Source: Candidatus Saccharimonadota bacterium
Lineage (GTDB): Archaea > Micrarchaeota > Micrarchaeia > Micrarchaeales > Micrarchaeaceae
Direction of reading: 5' to 3'
DNA length: 32,000 bases
Assembly (NCBI GenBank): GCA_963698035.1
Contig: OY969114.1
Location: forward strand, 690,001-722,000
The notes under the pieces are model-generated. The model was not told the origin of the DNA. It worked only from the letters and a program-made list of their open reading frames with translations, and did not search any database. Each line of letters starts with the position of its first letter. Position 1 is the stretch's first letter. This document shows, one piece after another, positions 30,923 to 32,000 of this stretch. The position numbers were made by a program, and so were the translations under genes.

Positions 30923-31454
30923 ATACAAATAAGGTTCCTTGGGTTCCGATTAACTGCATAGGCGGAGCTGGCGTTTTGCTTGGTCGCTCCAGCTTCTTTA
31001 AGCTAATATTTCTTTTAGGCTCAAGAACATCATTGTGGCGGAAAGATTTCCATTGGCCACCGTCAAAGCTCACAATATGTCTGGTTGTATGCGGCGGATA
31101 TAAGTCTCCATCCAATGCTCTTTGTATAATCGTTGTCTTGTCATAAAATCCGTTGCTTCTCCAACTCCTAACAGAAACAAAATCGGTGAGATAGAAACCT
31201 ATCTCTGTTGCCAATATGCTCGGATATCCGAGCTTCTCAAGAGCGCCAGCTCTATGGTGTCCATCAAGCATGAGGAACCCTTCACCGACGCGATGCACTA
31301 CGACCGGGCGTCTTTGCATACCATCCTCTTCTATTTTGCGCGCAAGCCTGTTAAGGCGGGATTGTGATACCTCCTCGTGCCTCATCAGGTCCTTTATGTT
31401 AAGTTTAACTATTTGTATAGATTCTTTCGCCAAGGACAAGGACTGATTTACCAT
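30873..31454 (-). CDS. ParB/sulfiredoxin-fold (ParB N-terminal domain-like) protein
   Basis: LMRHEEVSQSRLNRLARKIEEDGMQRRPVVVHRVGEGFLMLDGHHRAGALEKLGYPSILA. TATA (minus strand TTTATATTT, 31476-31484) lies about 28 nt upstream. The 3' end overlaps the convergent kinase-like gene by 50 nt. Confidence 0.65.
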   Translation of the reverse strand: MVNQSLSLAKESIQIVKLNIKDLMRHEEVSQSRLNRLARKIEEDGMQRRPVVVHRVGEGFLMLDGHHRAGALEKLGYPSILATEIGFYLTDFVSVRSWRSNGFYDKTTIIQRALDGDLYPPHTTRHIVSFDGGQWKSFRHNDVLEPKRNISLKKLERPSKTPAPPMQLIGTQGTLFVFMPVVPPQVSPIYSLA

Positions 31455-31623
31455 AATTTATAGTACCCGTTTAAATATAAAGCTTTACTTTGAGTCGGAT
31501 AAGACCCACTTTCAACGATATTTGCTGACGTTTGCTGAAGAAAAATGCAAAAAGTGAAGCGGCAGGACTCTGCCAGAGACAAAACCTTAAAAAGCTGTTT
31601 GTTGTTAACGAAAACGGTGAAAT

Positions 31624-32000
31624 AATGTCTAAACGTTTAGTTGCATCTGAGAGCGTTACGGAAGGGCATCCAGACAAAGTTGCGGATATAATATCGGATT
31701 CGGTAGTCGATGCAATAATAAGCCAAGATCCAAACGCGCATGTGGATTGCGAAACGCTGATAATGCAGGGCATGGTGGTGCTTACCGGTCAGATAACAAG
31801 CAAAGCTCATGTTAACATACCAAATATAGCTAGGCGCGCGCTGAAGGAAATAGGCCTCGACAACGCGAAAGACGGGCTTGACTGGGACACGTGTGGAATA
31901 ATCGCCTCAATCGAGGCGCAGTCGCCAGACATAGCGCAGGGTGTTGACGAGCGGCAAGGGCTAAACATGGGTGCCGGAGACCAGGGATTCGTCTTTGGTT
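31624..32000 (+). CDS. metK: S-adenosylmethionine synthetase, bacterial/eukaryotic type (5' part, runs off the right edge)
   Basis: Hand translation: MSKRLVASESVTEGHPDKVADIISDSVVDAIISQDPNAHVDCETL...QSPDIAQGVDE...GAGDQGFVFG. GGTGA lies 4 nt upstream of the ATG. Confidence 0.88.

Noticed and set aside
31471-31773. 100-aa minus-strand ORF
   Set aside because: It overlaps the unmistakable metK 5' coding region and the intergenic leader. It has no supporting signals.

Overview
The window looks archaeal. BRE/TATA boxes of the form AAAG-n-ATAAATATCT sit about 27-41 nt upstream of most start codons, so many genes are leaderless or nearly so. It also has an archaeal-type ValRS, a small TRAM protein and a group-3-like [NiFe] hydrogenase. 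The exact lineage cannot be told from the sequence; a small-genome DPANN-like lineage is only a guess.

Layout:
- 1-7534 (-): the 5' part of a giant gene (>2,500 codons) for a secreted surface protein built from Ig-like repeats. It is absent from the ORF track because its stop lies beyond the left edge. It contains perfectly or nearly perfectly duplicated 264-bp and 270-bp in-frame units.
- 8.2-12.9 kb: a visibly AT-richer accessory block of eight small, individually promoted genes (membrane protein, three GNATs, S51 peptidase, VOC/glyoxalase, two orphans). Strand-fixed G-rich GGGGCTT elements separate them, and two roughly 74%-identical direct repeats bracket the block.
- 13.2-19.9 kb: core genes, namely an AlkA-like glycosylase, valS followed by two tiny Cys-rich ORFs, small zinc-ribbon proteins, a bacterial-type Csp, an SDR epimerase and an RGG-TRAM protein.
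- 20.0-24.6 kb: a Ni-transporter-like gene, hypC, a HypC-paralog fusion, an EamA transporter, a maturation protease, and a two-subunit [NiFe] hydrogenase with no partner subunits.
- 24.6-25.6 kb: AdoMet decarboxylase and a CBS-pair protein.
- 25.7-28.7 kb: a 1,000-aa protein that reads like a degenerate Rad50/SbcC-type coiled-coil head fused to an intact Mre11/SbcD-type metallophosphoesterase.
- After it: an iteron/inverted-repeat spacer, a GHMP sugar kinase, a Bud32/Kdo-kinase-like protein and a convergent ParB/Srx-like protein.
- 31624-32000: the start of a bacterial-type metK.

I saw no rRNA, tRNA, CRISPR array, transposase or integrase.
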